This document shows, piece after piece, positions 1 through 10,044 of a stretch of 64,000 bases of DNA (its first letter is position 1; each line of letters opens with the position of its first letter). The translations under genes were made by a program, and so were the position numbers. Under the pieces are notes generated by a model that was not told the DNA's origin, made no database searches, and saw only the letters and a program-made list of their open reading frames with translations. The DNA is from an uncultured Nitrospiraceae bacterium (GTDB lineage Bacteria > Nitrospirota > Nitrospiria > Nitrospirales > Nitrospiraceae): assembly GCA_963730935.1 (NCBI GenBank), contig CAVSTP010000004.1, positions 192,001-256,000 of the forward strand, read 5' to 3'.

Positions 1-1344
1 ACCGGAGAAGCCCTGGGACTCTTGTATCTCGGCACCGCCCTTCCCTGGTTCAACGACGCCTCCCGCTGGCGTGAATTGGGTCTGCGGATCTTGCTCGAGC
101 AATTGCCACGGCAGGTGCAGCACGACGGCGTGTATTTCGAACATGCCTCCTACTTTCACCGTTACACGACCGACTTTTATGTTCACGCGGTTCTGCTGGC
201 TCGCGCTGGAGGTCTTGCGCTACCGCCATCCGTTCTCGAGACGCTCGCACGGTTGCTCGATCATCTGCTTTGGATCACGAGACCGGACGGAAAGAGCACG
301 CTGTACGGAGACGATGACGGCGGCCGGCTCTTGACCTTGCATCAGCGCGAGTCGGGCGACTTCCGCGATACGTTGCAGACCGGAGCGGCACTGTGTGGCA
401 CCGGCACATGGAAATGGGCAGCCAGGCCGGCCTGCCCGGAGGTCTTGTGGCTGCTTGGGCCGGAGGGGCTTGAAGCGTATGAGCGCCTGGCACCGGTCGA
501 ACCGGACAGCGTGGTCAAGCGGTTTCCGACGAGCGGGTTCGTCGTGCTTCGGGACGGATGGAACGAACGATCGAGCTATGTCTTCGTGGATACCGGTGCG
601 CACGGCGCAATGAACTATGTCCATGCGCATGCCGACGCCTTGTCGTTCGAATATGCGTCCAATGGTGTCACCTGGTTGGTCGATCCGGGCACCTACACCT
701 ATACGAAGGATCCGGCGCTGCGCGATCAGTTCCGATCCTCTTCCGCGCACAACACGGTGATCGTGGAAGGACAGTCTCAATCTCAGACCAGCGGACCGTT
801 TTCATGGGCTCACGTCGCCGAGACCACCTTGCAAGAATTGACGGCAACCGATGAGGCCGCAACATGCCGGGGGGTACACAACGGCTATGAACGGCTTGAT
901 CCTCCAGTACGACATCAGCGGTCTATTCAGCTCGTCAAAAGATCGGATCGCCCGGCGGGCTCGTATCTATTGATAGAAGACCGGATCACCACTGTCGGCT
1001 CGTATCGTTATCAGCTCAGATTTCATCTCGCGCCGGACTGCAAGCCCTCGCAGGGCAACGCCCAGTTCGTCGTCCACCATCCCAACGGCCCTCAACTTGC
1101 GGTGGGCATCTGGCTGGTCGATCCACAGCGTGCCGCCACGGCGGTTCCGATCGGCGTCGAAGAGGGGTGGGTCTCTCCCAACTACGCGCGAAAGTTTCCG
1201 GCTTCAATCCTTGTCGCCAATGCCGAAGGGGCGGGGGATCAAACGTTTGTGACGGTCCTCGCGCCCCTCGATGGGGAGGTGGCCGTTGACTTGGAGTGCC
1301 TCGCACGTCTGGCCACCGACCGGGATGTGGAGTGCGCGGCCTGA
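1..1344 (+). CDS. Heparinase II/III family protein (5' partial)
   Basis: Frame is open from base 1; DGVYFEHASYFHRYT, GDDDGG, HAHADALSF, DPGTYTY and FRSSSAHNT motifs are typical of Hepar_II_III proteins in EPS loci. Confidence 0.85.
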   Translation, partial: TGEALGLLYLGTALPWFNDASRWRELGLRILLEQLPRQVQHDGVYFEHASYFHRYTTDFYVHAVLLARAGGLALPPSVLETLARLLDHLLWITRPDGKSTLYGDDDGGRLLTLHQRESGDFRDTLQTGAALCGTGTWKWAARPACPEVLWLLGPEGLEAYERLAPVEPDSVVKRFPTSGFVVLRDGWNERSSYVFVDTGAHGAMNYVHAHADALSFEYASNGVTWLVDPGTYTYTKDPALRDQFRSSSAHNTVIVEGQSQSQTSGPFSWAHVAETTLQELTATDEAATCRGVHNGYERLDPPVRHQRSIQLVKRSDRPAGSYLLIEDRITTVGSYRYQLRFHLAPDCKPSQGNAQFVVHHPNGPQLAVGIWLVDPQRAATAVPIGVEEGWVSPNYARKFPASILVANAEGAGDQTFVTVLAPLDGEVAVDLECLARLATDRDVECAA

Positions 1345-1388
1345 ACCCGATCTCAGATCGATCTCAATTTTCACACTACAGTCCTCAG

Positions 1389-1510
1389 ATGAGACTGCTC
1401 TGGCTCAAGACCAACTTGCTGCATCATCCTGTCGCTACCGGCGGGGAGATCCGCACATAGTACATGTTGCACGAACTCAAGCAGCGGCATCATGTGACCT
1501 ATCTTGTTCT
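1389..1510 (+). pseudogene. Truncated glycosyltransferase (GT4-like) N-terminus with in-frame stop
   Basis: Reads MRLLWLKTNLLHHPVATGGEIRT*YMLHELKQRHHVTYLVL (TAG at 1458-1460), which resembles GT4 N-termini; similarity is lost after ~40 codons. Confidence 0.65.
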
Positions 1511-1606
1511 CAGAGCGAGGGCGAAGATCGTTTGGGGGATGTGCAGGAGATGGTTCAGCGTCGGGGATGAAACGATCGGGGATTCGCTCGGCGATGGGAG
1601 CAGAGT

Positions 1607-2302
1607 CTACGACTCGGGAAGAGCAGGATCAAGCCGATATCCGACATTGCGCACAGTAAAGATGCGGCGGCCTTCGCCGCCCAGCTTGTTTCGCAGGCTT
1701 CGTATATGCACGTCGATGGTCCGCGACTGCAGATCTGCGTCCTTGCTGGCTCCCCACACTGATTCGAACAACGCATCTCGGCTCAGGACCCGCCCGTTGG
1801 TCATCAGCAATGCGCGGAGCAAGCTGAACTCCTTGGAGGTCAAGTGAATCGGCCTCCCGCGGAGCGTCACCTGGTAGCGGTCGAGTTCCATCTCCAATGA
1901 GCCGACTTTCAGCACCCGCGCGGGATCGGTGGGGGCTGATCGCCGGAGCCGGCCCTTGACCCTGGCAATCAGCTCATTGGCTTGAAACGGCTTCGTCATA
2001 TAGTCGTCGGCGCCGATCTCAAGACCGATCACCTTGTCGCGTTCTTCATCCTTTCCGCTGAGCACGATGATGGGTAGGTGAGCAGTGATCGGATCCTGGC
2101 GGACACGCCGCAGCACCTCCAGGCCGTCGAGTCGGGGCAGAATCAGATCGAGCAGCATCAGGTCCGGCTTCTCGCGGCGCACAGCCTCGAGCGCATCCGG
2201 CCCATCCCGAGCCACGGCCACCTCAAACCCCTCACGCTGCAGCAGGGTGCGGAGGAGGTCAACGACGCTGTCCATGTCTTCGACGACGAGGATTTTTGCC
2301 AT
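1607..2302 (-). CDS. OmpR/PhoB-family response regulator
   Basis: Receiver (VVED, LLD, GADDYMTKPF) plus winged helix (SRTIDVHIRSLRNKL, TVRNVGY). Confidence 0.92.
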   Translation of the reverse strand: MAKILVVEDMDSVVDLLRTLLQREGFEVAVARDGPDALEAVRREKPDLMLLDLILPRLDGLEVLRRVRQDPITAHLPIIVLSGKDEERDKVIGLEIGADDYMTKPFQANELIARVKGRLRRSAPTDPARVLKVGSLEMELDRYQVTLRGRPIHLTSKEFSLLRALLMTNGRVLSRDALFESVWGASKDADLQSRTIDVHIRSLRNKLGGEGRRIFTVRNVGYRLDPALPES

Positions 2303-2326
2303 GGGTGGCCTGAAGCGTTGAAGGTG

Positions 2327-3094
2327 TTAAGGTTCGATCAAGCGACGGCGAATGGAATATCGCACGAGACTGGCGGTGTCATGAAGATCCAGCTTGTCCA
2401 TGATTCGATGTCGATGCGATTCCGCCGTCTTCACGCTCACCCCCAGCAGTCCCGCGACTTTTTTCGTCGTCATGCCCTGGGCGACCAGCTGTAACACTTC
2501 CCGTTCCCTGATCGTCAAGGGATCAGCCGGAACGTCGCTCTTGGCTAGAAAGGCCTGAATCACCGTCTGGGAAATGCCCGGGCTGAGATAGAACGATCCT
2601 TTCGAAACGTCGCGAATGGCATGCACGACCTCCGTCACCGGTTGGGATTTGAGCAAATATCCTTTGACGCCGACCTTCATCGCCTCGAGCACGAACTCGT
2701 CATCCGTATGCATGGTGAGCAGCAGCGATTTTGTACCGGGGGAGACTCGTCGAATTTCGCGGACGACGTCCATGCCATTCAACAACGGCATCATGACGTC
2801 GATGACCGCCACATCGGGTTGCGTGTCCTCGGCCAGGCGGACCGCTTCCCGGCCGTCGCCCGCCTCGCCGACCACGGTGACCCCATATGTTTCGATCAGC
2901 GCCTTGACCCCTTGTCGCAACAGCGTGTGATCGTCGGCCAGCAGCAAGCGGCAGGAGACAAGCGATGGGACTGGCTCAGTATTTCGAGCCTCGAGGCGGC
3001 CCGGTCGCGGAGGCGGCATGACCGATGCCGAAGTGCGAGCGATCACACAGATCTCCTTTGGTTCCGGTTCTGCATAGAGACTTATCCGCTTCAA
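2327..3094 (-). CDS. NarL/LuxR-family response regulator (true start may be internal)
   Basis: LADDH, IDVMMP, LTMH receiver plus LTIREREVLQL...SVKTAESHR HTH. Confidence 0.9.
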   Translation of the reverse strand: MKRISLYAEPEPKEICVIARTSASVMPPPRPGRLEARNTEPVPSLVSCRLLLADDHTLLRQGVKALIETYGVTVVGEAGDGREAVRLAEDTQPDVAVIDVMMPLLNGMDVVREIRRVSPGTKSLLLTMHTDDEFVLEAMKVGVKGYLLKSQPVTEVVHAIRDVSKGSFYLSPGISQTVIQAFLAKSDVPADPLTIREREVLQLVAQGMTTKKVAGLLGVSVKTAESHRHRIMDKLDLHDTASLVRYSIRRRLIEP

Positions 3095-3173
3095 TCGTTC
3101 GTTGTCAGCAGCGACTGGTGAGGCTCTTCTCTTTGCTACGCGTCACATTGTCACAGGATCTGCATCATTGGCA

Positions 3174-3191
3174 CCTAGTGAAGCTCCTAGT
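3174..3191. promoter_or_regulatory. Palindromic box CCTAGTG-AAGC-TCCTAGT
   Basis: Matches the recurring ACTAGGG-N4-CCCTAGT motif; lies between the divergent NarL regulator and the small Cys protein. Confidence 0.5.
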
Positions 3192-3244
3192 TGGAGGCCA
3201 TTGAACAGACCTCAAGAGTGCGCGTGCTTTGAAGAGTTGTTCTC

Positions 3245-3476
3245 ATGGCGGCACTTCCAACGTTGACTGTATGCTGTGTTTGTAAACATGTCGCGCCGAC
3301 CGCCTCGGCCCTCCCAATGGATGCCGATGTCGACCTTTCTCGAGCAACACCATCTCCGGACGGTTGACGTCCGCTTCAGCCACACCTATTGTCCGGTCTG
3401 CTACGAACAACAAGCCGAAGCTTGGTTGATCCCGGTAAAGAACAGTCCGGGACAGACCACGCGTCGCGCGGTGTAG
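3245..3476 (+). pseudogene. Small CxxC...CxxC Zn-binding protein, split by a +1 frameshift
   Basis: ATG 3245 frame gives MAALPTLTVCCVCKHV; the +1 frame gives SQWMPMSTFLEQHH...FSHTYCPVC; same layout as the intact 52461-52700 protein. Confidence 0.6.
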
Positions 3477-3658
3477 TGCAGACTTGACGCCGTTCCCACT
3501 CCTCATCTTCTCCTAAGCGCACTCGCATCGTCCTTGTTCATGGGACATAGGCCGTCGCTCCGGCCCGTGTCAGCGTTCTTCGCGATTTGTGCGACCGCGG
3601 CTCTGTGCGCAAGCGTTGGTTGAAAAAAATCGTGCCTGTCGCAAATACGACCAAACGG

Positions 3659-6600
3659 TCAACGGCTGGGAGCCGGATGGTCGGCGCCTGGCTGGTCGGT
3701 CCGAATGGCGAGTCTCTGGCGCGAAGATGTCCGAACGTCGTCCTCGGCAGGCGCCGGCTGCTTTGCTTCTGCGAAGACTCCATACAGCGTCGGGAGCACG
3801 ATCAACGTCAACAAGGTCGAGCTGACGAGTCCGCCGATGACGACCACGGCGAGAGGACGTTGAACTTCCGATCCGATGCCGTGAGAAAATGCCAACGGAA
3901 TCAAACCCAGCATCGCGACCAGCGCCGTCATCAGGACGGGACGCAGGCGAAGGAGGCAGCCGCGCTCGATCGCCTGGTCATCCGCCAGGCCTTCAGCCCG
4001 AAGTTGATTGATGTAGGACACGAGCACGATGCCGTTGAGCACCGCCACCCCGAACAAGTTGATGAATCCCACTGAGGCAGGCACGCTCAGATATTCTCCC
4101 GTGGCCCAGAGCGACACGATCCCGCCGATGAGGGCGAAGGGAAGATTCAAAATGATCAGGGCGGCATGACGAACGGAATTAAAGGAGGCGAACAACAGCA
4201 AGAAGATCAGCCCGATCGTGATCGGCAGGATGATTTTCAGGCGTGACATGGCACGCTGCATATTTTCGAACGACCCGCCCCAGATCAGATGATAGCCCGT
4301 CGGCAGCTGCACCTGCTTGGCGATTTTGGCCTGGGCTTCCACGACGATACTTTCGATGTCGCGGCCTAGGGTATTGAAGCCGACGTAGATCCTTCGCTGG
4401 AGACCTTCCCGGCTGATCAGCGCCGGCCCTTCGCGCAGCTCGATCTTGGCCAGCTCGCCGAGGGGGATCAGGGCCCCGGTGGCCGTCGTCAATAGGATGT
4501 TGCTGATCGTCTCCACGCTGTCACGGTAGGTTTTCGGATAGCGGAGAATCAGGTCAAAGCGTTTCTGCCCCTCGTAGACCCGGGTGGCCGCCTCGGCGCC
4601 AATCGCCGTCGAGATGATTTCCCGGATGTGCGCCACATTGATGCCATACCGCGCAATCTTTCCCCGGTCGATATCGATCGTGAGGTAGGCCTGGCCGAAG
4701 AGTTGTTCTACGCGCACGTCTTTGACGCCGGCGATGCCGGTCATGATCGTCTGCACCTGCTCCGCCGTTTTGCGCAACTGATCCAGGTCCTCTCCGATGA
4801 TTTTCACGGTGGCTTCCGAGCGCACCCCCGACAGCAGTTCATCGACGCGTTGTTGAATCGGCTGGCTCAGCAGAAAATTTGCGCCCGGCACGCGCTCGAT
4901 GCGCCGGCGGATCGCATCATCCAGTTCAGGCTTCGTTTTGGCCGTCTTCCATTCCTCCATCGGCTTCAGTGAAACGACCGGATCGCTGGCGTTGGGCTCC
5001 TGGGGATCATTGCCGAGCTCCGACCGTCCGATTTTCGAGACCACCATCCGCACTTCCGGAAACTCCATGACGGCGCGCTGCATCTCCATCTCAATCTCGA
5101 TGGATTTATCGAGCGAGATGCTGGGAAGCCGGATCGTTTGCGGCGTGATCGCCGCCTCGTTGAGAATGGGAATGAATTCGCCGCCGAGAAACGGAAAGAG
5201 CGCAAGGCTGGCGCCCAACATCGCCACCGCCGCGGACAATACGACCCGCCGGTGGGTCAGCGCCCAGGACAGAGACGGGGCGTACAATTGCTTGGCCTTC
5301 CGCAGCAGCCAGGGATCTTTTTCGGTGCCCCTGGTCAGGGCCATTGAACACAGCGCAGGCGACAGCGTGAGCGATAGCAGCAACGAGACCAGCAGGGCGA
5401 TCATGATGGTGTAAGCGAGCGGCTTGAACATCTTCCCTTCCATGCCTTGCAGCGTCAGGATGGGGAGAAAGACCAATATGATGATCAGAATGCCGAACAG
5501 GACCGGTTGGGCGACTTCTTTTGCAGCCTTGAGCACGATGGAAGTTCGGCTGACGGACACACCCGGCGGATGTTCGCTCAGATGGCGATATACGTTTTCC
5601 ACGACCACGACGGATCCGTCCACCATCATGCCAATCGCAATCACCAAGCCGCCTAAGGACATGAGATTGGCCGTCAAGCCGACCTGATCCATGACGATGA
5701 ACGTGGCCAACGGGGCGACCACCAGAGTAGCCGTGACGATCAGCGCGCTCCTCACATTGCCCAGGAACAGGAACAACACGACAATGACGAGGACGATGCC
5801 CTCGAGCAGGGCTTTGTAGACCGTGTGAAGGGCCGCGACGATCAGTTCTAGGCGGTCGTAGAACGGCATGATGCGGAGACCGGCGGGCAGGAGTTTCTGC
5901 TCATGAATGTCCTCGATCTTATCCTTCACGGCCTGCACGACTTCTCGGGCGTTGCCCCCCCGCAGCATCAGGACGATGCCGGCGACCACTTCGCGCTGGC
6001 CGTTCAAGACCGCCGCGCCGTGCCGCACCGCGTGGCCGATCTGCACCTCGGCCACGTCCCTGACAAAGACCGGGGTGCCGCGCGCCTCCTTGACGACGAT
6101 GTTCTCGATGTCGTGCAATGTCTTGATCAGGCCGATGCCTCTGACGATGTATTTTTCAGGTCCTTTTTCGAGGATGTTGCCGCCGGCATTGGAGTTGTTG
6201 TTCGCCACGGCGGTGAATACGTCGTGAAGGGCGAGGTCGTATTTGCGGAGCAGCCCCGGGTCCACCATCACCTGGTATTGTTTGACGAACCCGCCGATCG
6301 AGTTGACATCCACCACGTCCGGTAGGCCCTTGAGGAGGGGACGGATCACCCAATCTTCCAGCGTCCGGCGCTCCATCAACTCCGTCTCCGTGAGCTGGTA
6401 GTCGGGGTCGTTGTCGTGCGGACCTTCCAGATAGAACTGAAATACCTCGCCGAGACCCGGCGAATTGGGCACGAGTTCCGACCGGGCGCCGGGCGGCAAG
6501 CTGTCCTGCACTTCCAAGACACGCTCGAGGACGAGCTGACGCGCCAGATAGATGTCGACGTCGTCGCGGAACACCACGGTAATCATCGACAAGCCGACTT

Positions 6601-6856
6601 TCGACAGGGACCGGATGTCGGTCAATCCGGGGGCGCCGGTCAACTGGAGCTCCAGCGGAAAGGTCACGAAGCGCTCGATTTCGGCAGGGGACAGTCCTTG
6701 CACCTCCGTCACGACCTGGACAAGGACGGTCGTGACGTCTGGAAAGGCATCGATCGCAATCGTGCGGAACGAATAGATGCCCGCAAGCGCGATGAGGCAG
6801 GCCAAGGCGATAACCAACACACGCTGGCGCAGCGCTAGTTCGAGAAAAGAGGACAT
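3659..6856 (-). CDS. czcA: CusA/CzcA-family heavy-metal RND efflux transporter
   Basis: 1065 aa; IDAFPDVT, GMMVDGSVVVVEN, RLRPVLMTA, GSEVQRPLA. Confidence 0.93.
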   Translation of the reverse strand: MSSFLELALRQRVLVIALACLIALAGIYSFRTIAIDAFPDVTTVLVQVVTEVQGLSPAEIERFVTFPLELQLTGAPGLTDIRSLSKVGLSMITVVFRDDVDIYLARQLVLERVLEVQDSLPPGARSELVPNSPGLGEVFQFYLEGPHDNDPDYQLTETELMERRTLEDWVIRPLLKGLPDVVDVNSIGGFVKQYQVMVDPGLLRKYDLALHDVFTAVANNNSNAGGNILEKGPEKYIVRGIGLIKTLHDIENIVVKEARGTPVFVRDVAEVQIGHAVRHGAAVLNGQREVVAGIVLMLRGGNAREVVQAVKDKIEDIHEQKLLPAGLRIMPFYDRLELIVAALHTVYKALLEGIVLVIVVLFLFLGNVRSALIVTATLVVAPLATFIVMDQVGLTANLMSLGGLVIAIGMMVDGSVVVVENVYRHLSEHPPGVSVSRTSIVLKAAKEVAQPVLFGILIIILVFLPILTLQGMEGKMFKPLAYTIMIALLVSLLLSLTLSPALCSMALTRGTEKDPWLLRKAKQLYAPSLSWALTHRRVVLSAAVAMLGASLALFPFLGGEFIPILNEAAITPQTIRLPSISLDKSIEIEMEMQRAVMEFPEVRMVVSKIGRSELGNDPQEPNASDPVVSLKPMEEWKTAKTKPELDDAIRRRIERVPGANFLLSQPIQQRVDELLSGVRSEATVKIIGEDLDQLRKTAEQVQTIMTGIAGVKDVRVEQLFGQAYLTIDIDRGKIARYGINVAHIREIISTAIGAEAATRVYEGQKRFDLILRYPKTYRDSVETISNILLTTATGALIPLGELAKIELREGPALISREGLQRRIYVGFNTLGRDIESIVVEAQAKIAKQVQLPTGYHLIWGGSFENMQRAMSRLKIILPITIGLIFLLLFASFNSVRHAALIILNLPFALIGGIVSLWATGEYLSVPASVGFINLFGVAVLNGIVLVSYINQLRAEGLADDQAIERGCLLRLRPVLMTALVAMLGLIPLAFSHGIGSEVQRPLAVVVIGGLVSSTLLTLIVLPTLYGVFAEAKQPAPAEDDVRTSSRQRLAIRTDQPGADHPAPSR

Positions 6857-6859
6857 GAG

Positions 6860-8101
6860 CTAGATTTGGTCGGAAAGCAGTTCGGACTTCAGCACATACG
6901 CGCCCTTCACGACGACCGGTTCTCCTTCCTGAAGTCCGTCGAGGATCTTGATCATCTCCCCGTTGTCTTCGCCCAGCGTGACGTCGCGTGCCTCGAACGT
7001 GTGGGCATCCCGTTGCACAAAGACGAACCGGCGGTCGCGCTCCCGTTGCACTGCGCCCTCCGGTACCATCAGGACGCCGTGCTCAGGGAGCGAATGCACC
7101 CTGATTGTCGCGTACATCTCGGGTTTGAGTTTCCGGTGCGGGTTAGGCAGCTCCAAGCGCAAGTTCATCGTCCGTGTGGCCACGTCCAGCACGTCGCCGA
7201 CGTACGTGATCTTCCCATGGAAGACTTCGCCGGGATACGCCGTCACCAGTACCTCCACGAGCTGATCTACTGCAGACTTATCGGTGCCCGCATCGGCCCG
7301 TATGAAGGTGATGTCTTTCTCCGGGATGTTGGCCAGCACCCACACTTCTGAGAGATCAGCGACCGTAAAGAGCTTCTCCGTGACCTCTACGACCTCTCCC
7401 TTGGTCAGATTTCGTGCGATCACCCGGCCGTCGAAGGGAGCGGTAATGGGCACAAAGGAAACAATCTTCTGCTCACGGTTGAGTTTGGCGATGTGTTCGT
7501 CGCTCATGCCCAGCAGTCGCAAGCGGTCTTCGGCTTCGCGTTTCTCCGCGCGCAAGCTGAGCATGTCACCCTGGCGCCGCTGAGCTTCGGCAAGCCCGAT
7601 CACCTTTTCCCTGAGCAGCATCGTCGCACGCTCGTACGCCCGTTCCGCGACGTAGAGCTTTGCGACGGCTTTGAGATACGACGACTGCGCCATGCCCAGC
7701 TCGCTGCTGTTCAGCATGGCCAGAAGATCGCCGCTCTTCACCTGTTGCCCGAGATCGGCGTAGACGTCGAGGACGCGGCCTCGCACGAGCGCCGTAATGT
7801 CGGCGGTCGCACGCTGGTCCGGTACCACTGTGGCGGGAAAATCCCGATGCAACTTGAACTCGCCGCGCACGGCAGGCTCGACCACGATGGCACCGCTTCG
7901 TATCTCTTCGGCGGTCAGCGTCACGATACCGGTCTCGTGCGGCTTTCCGGTCGGCTTCGCGGCCGGTGATTCCTGCGCGGCGCTGTTACATCCCGACGTG
8001 AACAGGACCGCGGCGAGGAGGAGAGGAGGGATGGATCCAAACGACGTCATACGGGTCCTTCCATTCAGGCACGTACAATGCGAACGGCTGATCTCATGCA
8101 T
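6860..8101 (-). CDS. czcB: RND periplasmic adaptor (CzcB-like)
   Basis: Lipobox LFTSGC, ITAPFDGRV, ADLSEVWV, LKPEMYA; lies between the TolC and RND genes. Confidence 0.9.
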   Translation of the reverse strand: MHEISRSHCTCLNGRTRMTSFGSIPPLLLAAVLFTSGCNSAAQESPAAKPTGKPHETGIVTLTAEEIRSGAIVVEPAVRGEFKLHRDFPATVVPDQRATADITALVRGRVLDVYADLGQQVKSGDLLAMLNSSELGMAQSSYLKAVAKLYVAERAYERATMLLREKVIGLAEAQRRQGDMLSLRAEKREAEDRLRLLGMSDEHIAKLNREQKIVSFVPITAPFDGRVIARNLTKGEVVEVTEKLFTVADLSEVWVLANIPEKDITFIRADAGTDKSAVDQLVEVLVTAYPGEVFHGKITYVGDVLDVATRTMNLRLELPNPHRKLKPEMYATIRVHSLPEHGVLMVPEGAVQRERDRRFVFVQRDAHTFEARDVTLGEDNGEMIKILDGLQEGEPVVVKGAYVLKSELLSDQI

Positions 8102-8116
8102 GGCCTGGTCAATGCC

Positions 8117-9376
8117 TCACAGCACGCCGCCGACCGCCCGCTCGAGTCGTGACAGCGCCACGGACAGCTCAAAGCGTGCCTGTGCATAGTCAAAGAGCAC
8201 TTGCCGCTGCACGCGCTGGGCATCCAGGACTTCCAACAGGCTCGCGGCGCCCTGCTGGAAGCTGAACTTGGCGATCCTCAACGCTTCCTCCGCCTGCTTC
8301 AACAGGCCCTTCTCCAGCACTTCGATGAGTTTTGCGGTGGTTTGCGCATCCTGATAGTACTGATTGATCTGTCTCAACAGCTCATTGCGTGTGCGGAGGA
8401 ATTCAGCTTCCTCCTTGCGCTTGGCACCCAATGAGCCGGCGATTTCACCCTGCTGCTGGTACCACAATGGTGTCGGGACGCTCAAGCCCATATCGAAGCC
8501 TTCACGGCCATATTCGCGGGCGTAGCTGGTGTTCAGGCTGACGTTCGGCACGCGGTTCTGCCTCTCAAATTCAATGGTACGGTCGGCTTGATCGATCGAC
8601 TTGGTCAAACGCTGAAGAGAAGGATGCTCTTGCATCGAGCGCGTCGTCAGACGGGTGAGGTCCAAACTGGACGGGAAGACCAGAAAATCGCCGTTCACCG
8701 CGTAACTCGGGCCGAGGGCACCGGCGGTCAACGTATCGAGAATGACCCGGTTGACGCGCACCGTATTTTCGCTCCGGGTGACGGCTTGATTGGCTTTCAA
8801 CACTTCCACTTCGGCTTTGATCAGATCGAATTGAGGAGCTTCACCGAGGCGGACCCTGTGACTGACGACGCGGCGCACGTCTTCGACGATGCTCAAGTTA
8901 TTTTTCGCCAGCTCCAGGTCGCGCTGCGCAAGGAGTAGGTCATAGAAGGCGACCTTGACGTCCGATGTCAGGTTCAAGCGGGTTTCGATCAATCCGATCG
9001 AGGCGCCGGCCAGCCCGGCGTCTGCCGCGCGTTGACGGGCGGCCCGTTTGGCAGGCCATTCGAGCGGCTGGCTAAAGCCGGCCATGTATTCGGTGGCCGA
9101 TGTCGGGATCTCAGTGACCAACGGACCCCCATCCCTTAAATACCCTTTGCCGCTGTCTCCATGAATGATCGGATTGGGATAGGCCCCGGCCGCGGTGCGC
9201 TTGCCGGTGCTTTGATCGATTGCCGCCATCGCGCCTGCGATCATGGGATTGCGCTCAATGGCCAAGCCGATGATGTCGTGAAGCGCATAGGTGGGCGATG
9301 CGGTATCCGCCTGGACGCGTTCACCGAACGGGACAACGAGAACAGTGAATATGACAGCAGTAAACCATGGTTTCAT
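8117..9376 (-). CDS. czcC: TolC-family outer membrane factor (CzcC-like)
   Basis: Signal peptide, AYPNP, QGAASLLEVLDAQR OEP repeats. Confidence 0.88.
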   Translation of the reverse strand: MKPWFTAVIFTVLVVPFGERVQADTASPTYALHDIIGLAIERNPMIAGAMAAIDQSTGKRTAAGAYPNPIIHGDSGKGYLRDGGPLVTEIPTSATEYMAGFSQPLEWPAKRAARQRAADAGLAGASIGLIETRLNLTSDVKVAFYDLLLAQRDLELAKNNLSIVEDVRRVVSHRVRLGEAPQFDLIKAEVEVLKANQAVTRSENTVRVNRVILDTLTAGALGPSYAVNGDFLVFPSSLDLTRLTTRSMQEHPSLQRLTKSIDQADRTIEFERQNRVPNVSLNTSYAREYGREGFDMGLSVPTPLWYQQQGEIAGSLGAKRKEEAEFLRTRNELLRQINQYYQDAQTTAKLIEVLEKGLLKQAEEALRIAKFSFQQGAASLLEVLDAQRVQRQVLFDYAQARFELSVALSRLERAVGGVL

Positions 9377-9445
9377 AGCAAACCTCGCGCATGCTCCTGA
9401 GGGAGCAGTGATGTCTGTGAAGATCCGAAGAGCCGTCGGTGTGTG

Positions 9446-9763
9446 TTAGGGAAGAGCCGGGGGACGGAACCAATCCGAGGCGAAGTCTGTCCGCGGACAG
9501 GAGGTGTTATCCAGGACACGGGCCCGTGCGAGATGAATGATGCGAAATGCTTCTCCCTGGGCGAGCGCCAATTCCCCGAGCTCGCCTTCTCCCGGATCGG
9601 TTTCCGTCTGGCCATCCGGCGAGCCTGGCAGCTGGTCGTGCGCATGCACCGGGCTGGTGGACCATTGGCGCAAGCAATCATCGCCGCACGCCGTGCCCAT
9701 GAGCTGCACCGCGAAAACCGTGAGGAGTAGAAGAAAAAAACTGTGCCCGCAGGTACGGAACAT
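9446..9763 (-). CDS. Small exported leader protein (DUF2946/CzcI-like)
   Basis: Hydrophobic N-terminus, CGDDC, HAH, C-terminal WFRPPALP; immediately upstream of czcC. Confidence 0.6.
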   Translation of the reverse strand: MFRTCGHSFFLLLLTVFAVQLMGTACGDDCLRQWSTSPVHAHDQLPGSPDGQTETDPGEGELGELALAQGEAFRIIHLARARVLDNTSCPRTDFASDWFRPPALP

Positions 9764-9909
9764 GATGCCTTGCCCCTAAGAAAATCGGGACACCGTACCA
9801 TGAGAGACACCCCATCCGCAATTCCATTTCTCTCCCGGGCAGGCACAGAGCAGAAGTGGCTGACAGAGCATGGATATTTAAAAGATCCCATGCCGCATGG
9901 CCCTTCCAT

Positions 9910-9927
9910 ACTGGGGGTATCCCGAGT
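9910..9927. promoter_or_regulatory. Palindromic box ACTGGGG-GTAT-CCCGAGT
   Basis: Motif match in the divergent region between the czc leader and the DUF2934 gene. Confidence 0.55.
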
Positions 9928-10044
9928 CGTGCGGCGTCGAAGCCGTCGCTAGAGTAGGTTTTTGTGTATGTGAAGGCAACGGTTCGTTCCAGAGACCTTC
10001 TTGCGAAATCCGGGAACGAGATTCACTGAATTTGGGGGGTAAGG

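Noticed and set aside
1458..1460. In-frame TAG (and TGA near 54194) as possible recoding (Pyl/Sec)
   Set aside because: Both lie in truncated remnants, TAG and TGA end normal genes throughout the window, and no recoding machinery is visible
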